From Azolla caroliniana (lineage: Eukaryota > Plantae > Polypodiophyta): a stretch of DNA of 64,000 bases. The notes beneath the pieces were generated by a model. The model made no database searches, was not told where the DNA came from, and saw only the letters and a list, made by a program, of their open reading frames with translations. Shown here in pieces: positions 62,093 through 64,000 of the stretch (its first letter is position 1; every line of letters begins with the position of its first letter). The translations under genes were made by a program, and so were the position numbers. The stretch spans positions 4,712,001 through 4,776,000 of the forward strand of contig JBHGNT010000009.1 of assembly GCA_043228905.1 (NCBI GenBank), read 5' to 3'.

Positions 62093-62130
<38 letters not shown>

Positions 62131-62289
62131 AGATTTTAGTGAAATATAAGGGAATGATAGGGAATATAGATAGGAGGGAAGGGGGAAAAGGAGATGTGTG
62201 TGACTAGTAAATAGTAGTAAGGGGGAAGGAGAGAGGAACAAGGAAGGGGGATAGATGAAGGGTGAGAAAATATGTTTATGGGGGGGGGG

Positions 62290-63360
62290 GGTCTAGGATG
62301 TTTTTAGTTTTGACTAGAAAAGAGTGGAGGTTTTTGGATTTTGTCCAACAAATAATGGATTTAGGGATATGTTATAGTTGGGGATCTAATTGTAGGCTAG
62401 AGTGTAGGCTATTGAGCATTTCTTTGATAATTAGTGTGGGGGTATGGCGAGTATATCTAAGTTTAAAGATAGTGGGTGGGGTGGTTTTTTTAGTTTTTTC
62501 TTTGAAGAGGAGAGTGTGTCTAAGGGAGTAAGGGTGTTTTCTAAAGTTCTTTAGAATAAAATGCGTGGGATAACCTCGGGCCCTAAGTCTCGTAAAGAAT
62601 TTCTTTTGCATATTTAAATAACCTAGGGATGTGCTTTCGCTAACCATATATCCTTTTAATTCATTCGAAACGAAACTATTTTTAACATGGAGAGGGTGAT
62701 TGGAGGAGTAAGGGATGTATTGATATGTATTAAGTGTTTTTTGAAAGCAATTAAAAGTGTATCTATTATTATCTAAATTAATCCACAAGTCTAAAAAGGG
62801 TAGTTTCGTGTAAGAAGTATGTATGGTTAGTTTGATAGAGTTTTGAGTAGTGTTACTATAGAAGTTTAGGTATTCGAAAAGTTGGGGTTTAGTACCAGTC
62901 CAAACGCCAAAGGCATCATCAATATACCTAGTGAAATAGAAAAGGTGGGGTGATGGATTGGAATTTTCTAGATATGAGAGGAAGAGACATGCGTAGACAA
63001 CGGAAAAATTACTGCCCATGGCTGTTCCTTTTACCTGTTGATAAATTTGGTTGTTGAAATTTAGGAAGTGGTATTCTAAAGTGAGGGCGCTAAGGGTATG
63101 AATCAAATTAGTTTTTTGGTTCGAAAAGTGGGGGGAAATAATATTTTTTAGGGCTAAGAGTCCTAGTTTTGGTGGGATGCTAGGGTAGAGTGATTCAACA
63201 TCAAAAGAAAAAATAAAGCTATTGGGTGGTGTTATAAGTTGTTCTAAGGTTTGGACAAGGGAATGGGAGTCCCTAAGATATTGTTTTTGACGTAGAAGTA
63301 TAGGGAGGAGTTGGTGGTGAAGCCATTTAGACGTTTATTCAAATAATGAACCATTATATG
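62290..63360 (-). pseudogene. PLE reverse transcriptase and thumb domain, with in-frame stops at about 63334 and 62372
   Basis: YLRDS, FSFDVESLYPSIP, FNNQIYQQVKGTAMGSNFS, RYIDDAFGVW, LPFLDL, YIPYSSNHPLHVK, RLRARGYP, then past the stop IICWTKSKNLHSFLVKTK. Confidence 0.88.
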
Positions 63361-64000
63361 AACTTTTCACTTCACCCCCACTTTGTCAATTTACCCATGT
63401 ACCCCTCCCTTACCTTCCTAAATTACCCTTAATTACCCTCCTACCCTTCCCCCTCACTTTTTCAAAATTACCTTTCTACCCCTCCTCCCACTTTTTCCTA
63501 TTACCACTCTACCCCTCCCGTAAACACCCCCCCTCATTTCTTAAAAACGAAACACCCTACCCCCACCCCTCCTCTCTCTAAATCTTTTCCTCTTTTTATT
63601 CCTCTCTCACACTTAAGCTATCAATTCTCCCTCTCTTAGTTTTTACTTCCCTCTCTCAAAATCTTTTCCTATCCTATTTTATCCACCTCTCTATTTTTGT
63701 TTTTCTACCTTCACCCATGTTCTACTTTTTCTTACCCTACCCCTACCCCTCCCCATCCTCTTCCTAAATCTATAACCTTCCCCCTTTTTCTTTTTCCTCT
63801 TTCCCCATACTTGTCTCCCTCCCTTACCTCTCTCCTATTTCCTTTCTCTTTCTTACTTTGTCTAGTTTACACATGCATCTCTCTCCTCTCTCTACCCTCT
63901 TTCTCTCTCTTACTTTTCTCTCGTTATCCCACCCTTAATCCTCGTATATCTACGCACTCACTCCCCTTATGTCTTCTACTCATTTCCCTCTCTCTCTCTC
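63361..64000 (+). repeat. Pyrimidine-rich low-complexity tract, possibly an inverted PLE 3'/pLTR segment
   Basis: C/T-rich on plus, mirroring the G/A-rich 61440-62260 tract; only short shared motifs seen. Confidence 0.4.

Larger units (their letters stand above)
61196..63360 (-). mobile_element. Penelope-like retroelement (PLE), 5'-truncated
   Basis: PLE-type RT motifs, a long low-complexity 3' region and a hammerhead motif; begins in the middle of a tRNA unit. Confidence 0.85.

Overview
Eukaryotic nuclear DNA from a land plant, inferred to be a fern or other non-seed plant from its Tcn1-type chromoviruses and a Penelope-like element. The first 37 kb holds four host genes: an intronless LEA_2/NHL-like gene, a 6-exon STICHEL-like gene, a 7-exon CWC15 gene and an 8-exon MTA/SAH nucleosidase gene. 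It also holds a Copia element that lacks RT-RNaseH and carries a nested full-length Ty3/gypsy chromovirus. The main observation is that about 38.4-61.2 kb, which has almost no ORFs, is a tandem array built from intron-containing tRNA-Tyr genes on the minus strand. The unit is about 303 bp, made of one well-preserved tRNA-Tyr module and one decayed Tyr-like module. Two unit types alternate to give a higher-order repeat of about 600 bp. There are about 35 copies in a younger block and more in an older block, and a few copies still fold into a complete cloverleaf. The array is interrupted by a hAT MITE, a truncated gypsy element, a RING-H2 pseudogene region, a hAT transposon and a short hairpin insert. 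It ends at a Penelope-like retroelement carrying a minimal hammerhead ribozyme motif. Both gypsy elements show Tf1-type self-priming PBSs and -1 frameshift signals. All coordinates and counts were read by eye and may be off by a few bases.
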